A model generated the notes under the pieces. It searched no databases. It had not been told where the DNA came from and saw only the letters and a program-made list of their open reading frames with translations. From Promethearchaeota archaeon Loki_b31 (GTDB taxonomy: Archaea; Asgardarchaeota; Lokiarchaeia; Sigyniarchaeales; SOKP01), in NCBI GenBank assembly GCA_005222975.1, contig NJBI01000047.1, forward strand, positions 1 through 28,088: a stretch of 28,088 bases of DNA, read 5' to 3'. Positions 1-8,323 of this stretch are shown here, piece by piece; position 1 is the stretch's first letter, and each line of letters starts with the position of its first letter. A program made the position numbers and the translations under genes.

Positions 1-40
1 TAACCCAAAATATATAGGACGTCCTATATATTTTGGGTTA
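1..40. repeat. Perfect 40-bp palindrome
   Basis: TAACCCAAAATATATAGGAC followed directly by its reverse complement GTCCTATATATTTTGGGTTA. Confidence 0.97.
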
Positions 41-880
41 TCTCGTGCCTCAAAAGAAGTAATGGAGATTGTTAATTCCTATTCAGATATGTTTCAAAAA
101 GTAAGTATTGACGAGGCATATATAGACATATCAGATAAGTGTATAAATTATAAAGAAGTTAGAGATTTAGCTGAAAAATTAAAAAACGAAGTTCAAAAAA
201 AAGTGGGTATTACAATCTCGATTGGATGTGCTTCGACTAAATCTATAGCAAAAATTGCCTCTGATTGTAATAAACCTAACGGAATTACCGTAGTTGAACC
301 TGGAAATATAAAACTCTTTCTAAAAGATTTGGATATTACTCGTATTCCCGGAATTGGAAAACAAACTAAATTGTATTACAATAAAAAAGGCATTAATACG
401 ATTGGTGATATTATTAATACTCCGCTCCATAAAATGATTCAATTGTTTGGCAAAAATGGTGAATGGGTATGGAAAGTTGCTAACGGTTTTGATGATAGAG
501 AAGTGAAAGAGTTTCACGGTGATAGAAAATCTATTAGCAAGGAACGAACCTTTTATGAGGATACGGATGATTTCAAAGTAATATTGACTAAACTTGAAGA
601 ATTAAATAATAAAATTCATAAAAATGTAATTAAAAATAAGATATTTTATCGGACGGTAACTTTAAAAATAAGACTTGAAGGATTTTTAACATACACTCGC
701 TCAAAATCTTTTACTCATCATATTCAAGATAAGAACAAAGTAATGAGAGTAATTGTTGATTTATTAAATCAATTTTCAATAATGAACAAGAAAGTTAGAC
801 TCGTTGGCATTAAATTGTCAAATATAGAAAAAGCTCCTAGCGCTATACAAACTACATTAATAAATTATTTAGCAGCTTAA
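2..880 (+). CDS. dinB: DNA polymerase IV (DinB/Dpo4, Y family), 5'-partial/rearranged
   Basis: SIDEAYID catalytic motif, AKIASDCNKPNG, HhH IPGIG, little-finger RKSISKERTF/TVTLKIR and C-terminal PIP-like QTTLINY. The frame is open from nt 2 (NPKYIGRP...). The N-terminal DxDAF motif is not in the window. Confidence 0.93.
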   Translation, partial: NPKYIGRPIYFGLSRASKEVMEIVNSYSDMFQKVSIDEAYIDISDKCINYKEVRDLAEKLKNEVQKKVGITISIGCASTKSIAKIASDCNKPNGITVVEPGNIKLFLKDLDITRIPGIGKQTKLYYNKKGINTIGDIINTPLHKMIQLFGKNGEWVWKVANGFDDREVKEFHGDRKSISKERTFYEDTDDFKVILTKLEELNNKIHKNVIKNKIFYRTVTLKIRLEGFLTYTRSKSFTHHIQDKNKVMRVIVDLLNQFSIMNKKVRLVGIKLSNIEKAPSAIQTTLINYLAA

Positions 881-890
881 CTCAGATTTT

Positions 891-1827
891 TTAACTACTT
901 TTTATGATTTTGCTTGATTTTAGTGCGTTTAATAAATCCTTATGCAAAACCCCATTGGAAGCAATGACCCGGAGCGGTAACTATACATTTCTCGTTTAAA
1001 TATATTATTGAATTCCCATTTAGATCTGTAATGGTCCCTCCCGCTTCTTTAACCAGTAAATCTCCCGGTAAAAAATCCCACGTAAATGAACGATTTATAT
1101 TCAAAGGTTTAATGTAAAGATCGGCTGTACCATCAGCAACCATGCATAACTTCGCCATACTGTCCATTGGAACAAAGTAGGTTATATCAAGCGAGCGAGC
1201 GAAATTTTTTACCCAAGGTTTATTGTAATGTAATGAATGACACATACGAAAATTCTTAAATATTTTATTCTCACTTACTTTAATTGGAGTAAAGTTTTGG
1301 TTTCCATAAGAAACTTTGGCTCCGTGGTTTTTTTCCGCTGAAAAAATCGTCAGATTCCGTTCAATATAGTTTGGTACAGATATTGCGCAAACTGTTGGTT
1401 CAGATTGAACCATAAAGCCAATCCCAATAGCATACGCTAAATGTTTTTGGAACCCTTTTGTACCATCGATGGGATCTATTGTCCATTGACGTTTAGAAAC
1501 AAGACCTCGGTAATTTAAAGTATCTGTAAAGTCATCCTCAATCACTAGATTCAGCGAATTATAACACTTTTTTATAATATCTTCAGCATTTAAATTTATA
1601 AAAGCACCACTACCACTATCTTCTTCCGCAATAATTTGGTCTTCGGGAAAAAGCTCCTTTATTTTGGATATAATAAAGATTTGGGAAGCAAAATCCGCTA
1701 AAGTTACAGGCGATTCATCTTCTTTCTTAAATGATAAAATTTTTTCTTTTCTAAACCATTCTGTAATTTCTGAGGCTTTTTTAACCAATTTGATTGCTAG
1801 CGATAATTCTTTATTAAAACTTGACAT
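891..1827 (-). CDS. 3'(2'),5'-bisphosphate nucleotidase / inositol monophosphatase family (HAL2/CysQ-like), frameshift near the 3' end
   Basis: K.D.SPVTLADF.SQ, IIAEE, WTIDPIDGTKGF and WD.LPG..LVKEAGG motifs. The called ORF ends at 940, but the family-type tail VIASNGVLHKDLLNAL continues in another frame to the stop at 891-893. Confidence 0.88.
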
Positions 1828-2072
1828 AAAAATTAAACCATCTACGCAAATTGTATTCTTTCTCTCTTTTTTATTAGAAAATTTTTAAAACAGAAAGTTA
1901 AATTATTATATGTTATTAAGAAATTAAATTTTAGTTAAATTTATTAAAGGATTTGGCAATACATTGAGAATTAAATTATCTTTTTCATCAATCAGATTTA
2001 TTTCTTTGAAACTTAAAGTATAAATACTTCTACTTTTTAATAATTTATATTGCTGACTTACAATTCGTTGGG

Positions 2073-2792
2073 ATGGTCTTCGAAACTTTTATTATTTTAG
2101 TAGCTTTAATTTTTCTGGTCTTAATCCTAATGAAATATTACCAAAAGAAACACCAGTTAACTTTGTATCTCTTCTTAATTTTCCTAAATTACGTAATCGC
2201 AATTGTTTTTTCTTGGTTATCGAAGGTTTTTGTGCTTTATTCTGGAATCGATTATGTATATAACACAATCCTTCCAGATCCGGGTACACTATTGTCTTGG
2301 ATTCTACTTAGAATAACTGATTTTAGAATAAGTTTTGTATTCTTGTCTATTGGTATCTATCTCTCGTACATTTTCAAAGTAAAAATTTTCGGAAAAGGAT
2401 ACAATAAGGTTTTGAGAATTATCGTAACACTGTATGCGATTATTACCGCAGGATTTGCTTTATTTGTATACCAGAGAGGAAATACGCTATACGATGTTTT
2501 TGCTTTTCTATTTATTTTCGTATTTATGGCAGTAATTTACATACCCTTTTTCATTGGATCCTTTAAATCTTATAAAGATACAGATAATAAGGTTTTTAAA
2601 ACAGCCTTTTTATCTTTGGCAATAATGGCTATATTCTTTATTCTTGTACCGCTAAGTTTTTTAATTGATCGAATACTGATTTTAGCAGGAGGGCCGGGAT
2701 TTTCGTTATTCTACTTTTTAGCCTGGATTTTTGTTATTTTCGCCATTTTAGGTGCTTACTTTGGATACATTAGACCAAAAAGTGAAAAATAG
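2073..2792 (+). CDS. Integral membrane protein with about 7 TM helices, function unknown
   Basis: Seven hydrophobic segments counted by eye in the 239-aa ORF, with short loops and a basic C-terminus. Confidence 0.8.
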   Translation: MVFETFIILVALIFLVLILMKYYQKKHQLTLYLFLIFLNYVIAIVFSWLSKVFVLYSGIDYVYNTILPDPGTLLSWILLRITDFRISFVFLSIGIYLSYIFKVKIFGKGYNKVLRIIVTLYAIITAGFALFVYQRGNTLYDVFAFLFIFVFMAVIYIPFFIGSFKSYKDTDNKVFKTAFLSLAIMAIFFILVPLSFLIDRILILAGGPGFSLFYFLAWIFVIFAILGAYFGYIRPKSEK

Positions 2793-2866
2793 ATTAAATT
2801 TAAACCTTTTTTTTCTTATTATATTATAAAAAGACTAATGTTTGAATTTGGATGAGATGATCACCC

Positions 2867-3277
2867 ATTAAAGTCTTACAAGATATTTGGATTCTAACCG
2901 AAACTGGAATCGTTCTTTATCATCGTAAATTTGACGAAAAAGTGGACGATCAACTTTTTGGTGGGTTAATGGCTGCGTTAAATTCATTTGCTGAAGAACT
3001 TGTTAATAAAGGTTTATCTAATTTTGAATTACAAGATAAACGATTTACTCTGTTAAAAAAAAATGAAATATTATTTATAGCAAATTCAGCGAAAAAAGTA
3101 AGAGAAAAAAAAGTTATGCAAGAAATGTTATTTATTGCTAACAAATTTTTCGACCTATATTCAGAGGACATTTTGCTTAACTGGGATAATGATGTAAGCG
3201 TTTTTGTGAATTTTGAAAGAGAAATCGAAGATAGTTTAGAAGTAACTATTAAAAAATTCCAAGATGCTTTTTGGTGA
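2867..3277 (+). CDS. Small longin/roadblock-like (profilin-fold) protein
   Basis: The frame is open upstream of the called GTG (2942), giving IKVLQDIWILTETGIVLYHRKFDEKVDDQLFGGLMAALNSFAEEL. This matches the beta-beta-helix pattern of Asgard longin-like proteins. Probable ATT start at 2867, after GAGATGA. Confidence 0.7.
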   Translation: MKVLQDIWILTETGIVLYHRKFDEKVDDQLFGGLMAALNSFAEELVNKGLSNFELQDKRFTLLKKNEILFIANSAKKVREKKVMQEMLFIANKFFDLYSEDILLNWDNDVSVFVNFEREIEDSLEVTIKKFQDAFW

Positions 3278-3439
3278 GCAATTTTATAATAGTTTCTCAA
3301 TCGAATAACCTTCATTATATCTGTTTATTAATTCTTCCATGATTTATAATTATAATGCGAAAATGTTTAATCTTTTATGGAATATAATCTAAACTTATAA
3401 TAAAGGTACTTAACTCGATGAATTGGTGAATTTAAAAAA

Positions 3440-3793
3440 ATGAAATCAATTGGACTTGTGTTTTTATACGATAGAAATTTAGGAGCTCCAGATGAAGTCT
3501 CAAAAAAATTTAGTGAATTTTTCTCATTTGTTTCTGAAAACCTCGTACTAGAAGGTTTAGTTGAGTTACCAAAACTGAAGGAAATTATGGATTCAAGAAA
3601 AATATATTGGGCGGGAATTAAACAAAATTTTGAAACAATTCTGGAAGATCATGAAGCTATTGGTAAAATTGCTTGGAAAGTTTTTAGTGATTATTCAGGA
3701 ATTGATCCTTCTGAGGACGTCAAATCACTGGTTTACAGTAGTAATAAATCACCTTGGAAATTTACTTTACTGGCATGTGTTCTTTATGAATAA
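3440..3793 (+). CDS. Hypothetical protein
   Basis: 117-aa ORF with ATG start, GGTGA upstream and protein-like composition; convergent with the next gene. Confidence 0.75.
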   Translation: MKSIGLVFLYDRNLGAPDEVSKKFSEFFSFVSENLVLEGLVELPKLKEIMDSRKIYWAGIKQNFETILEDHEAIGKIAWKVFSDYSGIDPSEDVKSLVYSSNKSPWKFTLLACVLYE

Positions 3794-3795
3794 AT

Positions 3796-5877
3796 TTAGG
3801 AATTAATAATTCTTTCTATTTCGCTTAGATATGAATATTTTAATTTTTCTCTTTCTTTAAATGAATTGGAACCTTCTAAATTGGCTAAATTACCATATAA
3901 TGAATTATAATTCTTTAAAAACCATAATAATGAGTAAATATCAAGTTTTTTGAAAAAATCTTGCCCAATCTTACATTTTTTCTTATACCCGTTATAAAAA
4001 GATCCTCTAATATCAATGTTATTTATAGGTTTTAAAGTATAAAATTCCATTTTTACAAAATCTTGTGCCTTAACACCAACTCGCCATTCATCAAAATCTA
4101 TAATCCCATTTATCTGGATTTTGTTAGGGGAATCTTTTACTATTAGATTTGTCCATTGGAAATCGTTATGAAGTACAACGGGTTCGTTTTCTTCTTCTAA
4201 TAAAGAAATATTGTCCTTTAAAAATGTCTTTATTTCATTATCATAACCAAGTTTTTTTCTTCTTGCTTCTTGACTCTCTATTTCAAATTCTGAATTAATA
4301 AGTTTTAACCAATTAATTTCAGACTTTTTACCTATATTATAAATGTGCTCTTGAAATGAATCAAAAGATATTGTATGCAATTTCCCTAAAAGTTCTCCTA
4401 ATTCATTAAACAAAGTTAAGAATTTCGACCTGGAAAATCTGAAATCCTCTTGACTATATTGATTAAACAAATCTTTTAAAGACTTGCCGTGGATATATTC
4501 TTGGATCGTAAAAATATGTGGAATAACTGCTTTAGTTTCATCAAAATAAACTAAATTTGCTACTGGTATAATAGGGGGGGTATCTCTACTAAATTGGTAG
4601 TCTCCTTTCTTGACAGAAACGATTTTTTTTATTTTTTCTCTAAGATCAAAGGAATCGGAATTTAGCGACCCATCTAGGAAAGGAAATAGAAGTTTTTCTT
4701 TTACAATATTTTCATATTGAAAAGATTTTAAGGTACGGAATTTGAAGATTAACTGACTCTTTTCAAAATTTACTCTGTATATTGTGTTTATGTCAGCATG
4801 GAAAGGACCAATAACCTTTTTTATTGTACCTTGAGAAAGGAGGACTTCTACATTAGAAAATATTTTTATCATATCATCTAATTGATATATATTATCTTTC
4901 CCTAAGGAAAATAATTGATAAATGTGTTTTTGGTTTATTAAATAGTTCACATATGCTTCTATTCTTTCTTTTGTGATTTCATCGAGGTTCCCTTTTAAAC
5001 TTGGACTTAAAATATTCAAATCTTCTATTAAATTTGGTGAAAAACTTTTATATAAATATAAAAACGCATATTTCAAGCCTCGTTGTTCTTTTCCATCTTG
5101 AGCTTTAATATCATATATTTTATTTCTAATATCATTTATTTGTTCTTGAAGTTGGTGTAAATCTAAAATCTTTTCCTCAATTGCACAAAAATATAACTTT
5201 GAACTTAAATTAACTAAGTTGCTAACACAGGGAACAATTCCAGCATATTTTCTTAAATCTAAAGGAATTAGTTGAAGGAATTTCTGAAAATTTTCTTCGT
5301 TTTCACACAATAATGAAAAATCTTTGTTTATTAGTTCTATATATGATTTGCAATAATTTATGTTATCACAAGAGTCAATAAATCCAGAAAAATTACTATA
5401 ACCAATCAATTCCTTAACAATAGAAGGATTAATTTCGTTTCCAGCAAATTCCTCACGATTATTGTGGATATAAATATGGTTATCAACCTTAACAGTTCCT
5501 AAAATGTATTCTAAATAGGAATTAACATCTTCAATTTTTTCTAAATAAGGTGGGGCTATTATAAAATTAAGAGTATCAAATTTTTTTCCTAACTCTTCTA
5601 ATTGGTCGACTATTCGATCCTTATTATTTCCAAATATTCCTACAATTAACGGAGTTTTTTTACCGGTGACTTCTAATGTTAAATTTATCAATTTAATCTT
5701 TTCTTTTAATTTATCTGAAAAATAAAACCCAGCACCTTTAGTCCCAAATAAATAAATTGAATCTGCTCCGTTCACGAGTAGATGACGAGTTAGTAATGAA
5801 TGAAGCTCAGTATTAACCTCTAAATCTTTATTAAAAAATGTGAGTGATGGAACAATAACACCACGGATTTTAGTCAT
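3796..5877 (-). CDS. Fusion of a DHDPS/NAL-family TIM barrel (degenerate) and an APH/choline-kinase-like phosphotransferase
   Basis: N-terminus IRGVIVPSLTFF...GADSIYLFGTKG...PLIVG...APPY is DapA-like. C-terminus IQEYIHG, LGKLH, VVLHNDFQWTNLIV and GIIDFDE is APH-like. Confidence 0.85.
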   Translation of the reverse strand: MTKIRGVIVPSLTFFNKDLEVNTELHSLLTRHLLVNGADSIYLFGTKGAGFYFSDKLKEKIKLINLTLEVTGKKTPLIVGIFGNNKDRIVDQLEELGKKFDTLNFIIAPPYLEKIEDVNSYLEYILGTVKVDNHIYIHNNREEFAGNEINPSIVKELIGYSNFSGFIDSCDNINYCKSYIELINKDFSLLCENEENFQKFLQLIPLDLRKYAGIVPCVSNLVNLSSKLYFCAIEEKILDLHQLQEQINDIRNKIYDIKAQDGKEQRGLKYAFLYLYKSFSPNLIEDLNILSPSLKGNLDEITKERIEAYVNYLINQKHIYQLFSLGKDNIYQLDDMIKIFSNVEVLLSQGTIKKVIGPFHADINTIYRVNFEKSQLIFKFRTLKSFQYENIVKEKLLFPFLDGSLNSDSFDLREKIKKIVSVKKGDYQFSRDTPPIIPVANLVYFDETKAVIPHIFTIQEYIHGKSLKDLFNQYSQEDFRFSRSKFLTLFNELGELLGKLHTISFDSFQEHIYNIGKKSEINWLKLINSEFEIESQEARRKKLGYDNEIKTFLKDNISLLEEENEPVVLHNDFQWTNLIVKDSPNKIQINGIIDFDEWRVGVKAQDFVKMEFYTLKPINNIDIRGSFYNGYKKKCKIGQDFFKKLDIYSLLWFLKNYNSLYGNLANLEGSNSFKEREKLKYSYLSEIERIINS

Positions 5878-6126
5878 ACTGATATCCTCATTTCGAAAAA
5901 TAATTTAAAATTATAAATTTATTAATTTATACTGATTTAATGTTTTTATTCATATTGAATTTCTCCCTTCCCTCTGTCCCTATAATTTTATAATTTTTCT
6001 CTTAAAGTAGCATTAAATATTATATTTTAAATTATGAGTTTCAGATTAATAAAGTTAATAAATTATTATTATAATAAAAATGCTAAAAAATACATAAAAA
6101 CGAATTTAAAACTGGATTATGGGCAA

Positions 6127-7809
6127 CTAAATTTTTTTTGATTCTTTGAAAATATCAAATATATCCATTTCATAGTCAATTACATCTTCGGGTAAAAGGT
6201 ATGGTTCTTTAATTAGTTTAGCAAGATAATAGATTTTAGATCCTCTTTCTAAGTATTGTAAAACAGTATAAGCGCCTCCTAAATGACTTCCACAACACAA
6301 ACTTCCATGATTTGCAAGTATTACTGCGTTTCGTTCTTCTAAACTTTTTTTTACATTCTCTGCCAATTCTTCACTACCCGCTTCTCCATATTCTGCACAC
6401 AAAACCTCACCTCCTAAATAAGGAACAAGCTCTTCCATTGCGGGAGGTAACGCTAACTTGAGGGTACTAAGTATTGTTGAGTAAATACCATGAGAGTGAA
6501 TGATTGCGTTAACATCTTCACGTTCTTTGTAAATACCTAAATGTAAGTGTTTTTCTACTGAAGGGTTTCTTTCTCCTTCTACTACTTTTCCCTCAAGATT
6601 AATAATTAAAATATCATCTGGTTCCATTTCTTCATAATTTACATTACTAGGGGTGATTAAAACGAATTCATCGTCTCCACTTTTAACTCTAATACTCACA
6701 TTTCCCGCTGATCCTATCACATGCCCATCATTCAATAATCTCTTACAAGTACTAACAATTTCTTTCTTAAGTTTTTTGATTGGCTGGTCTAAAAACTTAT
6801 TTTCATCTTTAAATTCTTCGAAAACTTCGGGATTCAAGATATGTGAAGGAATACCTTTATCTAACCAAATTGTAATATCTTTCAGCAACATATTTGATTG
6901 TCTATTAATTACTTCAACGGTATTTCCTCCAATATGTGGCATTACTATAACATTTTCTAATTCTAAAAATTCATTATCTTCATCGATAGGCTCTAAAGGA
7001 AAGACATCTAAAGCAGCTCCTGCAATTTTATTGCTTTTTAAAGCATCGTATAACTTTTCATAATCTACAAGACTTCCTTTGGCTAAATTAATTAAAAAAG
7101 CTGAACTTTTCATCATTGCTATTCGTTCTTCGTTAATAAGATTATCATTTTCATCAGTTGCAACAGCGTGAATGGTTATAAAGTCGGATTCTTTCATTAA
7201 CGAATCTATATCTGTTTTTCTACCATACTTCTCAATAATTTCGTTAGAAACAAATGGATCATAAATAAGAAATTTTACCCCAAATGGTTTTAAACGATCA
7301 GCAACTTGTCTTCCGATCTGACCAAAACCAATAATACCGATATTTTTGTTTAATAACTCATTTCCCATAAATCTATTATAACATTTTATCCAATCTTCGA
7401 AATCGATAACTTCAAATTCATCACTATGTAAAAATCGATCTAGCTTTATCAAATTTCTTGCTATTGAAACGATTAGTCCAACGGTCAATTCAGCAACAGC
7501 AACGACATTCCTAAGAGGTGTATAAATCACAGGAATGTTATTTTTAGTAGCAGCATCTAAATCAATGTTAAATGGATCCCCCCGGCAAGACACAATCAAT
7601 TTTAAGCTAGTTTGTTCAAATAATTCAGCTTTTTTTAAATCGTCTGCGGCCGTTATAAAAATATCATAACCTTTTAATTTTTCAACCATTTCTTTGACAT
7701 CAAAATAAATATTTCCTGTATCTCTCCAACTCTCGTAAGTGACATCCATTTTCTTTTTTAATTCTTTTAAAACTTCATCAGATATACTTGCAGTAATAAG
7801 TGCTCTCAT
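6127..7809 (-). CDS. Fusion of a D-2-hydroxyacid dehydrogenase (SerA-like) and a class II aldolase (FucA-like)
   Basis: Dehydrogenase motifs GIIGFGQIG, AALDVFPLEP and PHIGG, followed by aldolase motifs GNVSIR, ITPS, PSVE..LH, IIHSH and ILANHG. Confidence 0.92.
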   Translation of the reverse strand: MRALITASISDEVLKELKKKMDVTYESWRDTGNIYFDVKEMVEKLKGYDIFITAADDLKKAELFEQTSLKLIVSCRGDPFNIDLDAATKNNIPVIYTPLRNVVAVAELTVGLIVSIARNLIKLDRFLHSDEFEVIDFEDWIKCYNRFMGNELLNKNIGIIGFGQIGRQVADRLKPFGVKFLIYDPFVSNEIIEKYGRKTDIDSLMKESDFITIHAVATDENDNLINEERIAMMKSSAFLINLAKGSLVDYEKLYDALKSNKIAGAALDVFPLEPIDEDNEFLELENVIVMPHIGGNTVEVINRQSNMLLKDITIWLDKGIPSHILNPEVFEEFKDENKFLDQPIKKLKKEIVSTCKRLLNDGHVIGSAGNVSIRVKSGDDEFVLITPSNVNYEEMEPDDILIINLEGKVVEGERNPSVEKHLHLGIYKEREDVNAIIHSHGIYSTILSTLKLALPPAMEELVPYLGGEVLCAEYGEAGSEELAENVKKSLEERNAVILANHGSLCCGSHLGGAYTVLQYLERGSKIYYLAKLIKEPYLLPEDVIDYEMDIFDIFKESKKI

Positions 7810-7894
7810 AACTTCTCAACTCAATAATATTATATAAACTAAATAACAATATGTAATAAGAATTTAAAATCAATAAAAAAAATGTATAATTTTT

Positions 7895-8245
7895 TTAAAA
7901 CATTAAACTTTTTAGTTTCATTAAATTTTTAATTTTTCCTTCCACAACCTTTATCTTTCCCGAAGAATATGCTTTAACTGCACCAAGCTCTTTATTGAAT
8001 AAATCCAGCATTGTTTTTTCCGTAATAAAATCAATTTTAACAGGAGCATTTTCATCACTAGCATTATCCTTTACCTCAATGCCTTGATCCTTATTTACTA
8101 AAAGTAAGACGCTCCTATTTGTGTCTAAAAACCTTATTTGTATGGGTTCATCATAATTCGCCAATTTTTTACGCACTTTATCGGTATTAATGTAGCGATT
8201 TTCAATTTCCTTTAAACAAGATTCTATGCTATCAAACTTTGACAA
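7895..8245 (-). CDS. SCP2 sterol/lipid-carrier domain protein
   Basis: C-terminal AVKAYSSGKIKVVEG.I..LMKL resembles the SCP2 signature. TTG start preceded by AGGTGA. Confidence 0.78.
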   Translation of the reverse strand: MSKFDSIESCLKEIENRYINTDKVRKKLANYDEPIQIRFLDTNRSVLLLVNKDQGIEVKDNASDENAPVKIDFITEKTMLDLFNKELGAVKAYSSGKIKVVEGKIKNLMKLKSLMF

Positions 8246-8323
8246 TTTCTTTCACCTAAAAATTAAGAAAACTTTTCTTGAATTAATTAATTAACTTTCG
8301 TTTATAAAAATATAATAAATAAA

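Noticed and set aside
5960-5982. Purine tract GGGACAGAGGGAAGGGAG (minus strand) as a G-quadruplex or ncRNA
   Set aside because: Only three GGG runs and no supporting structure.
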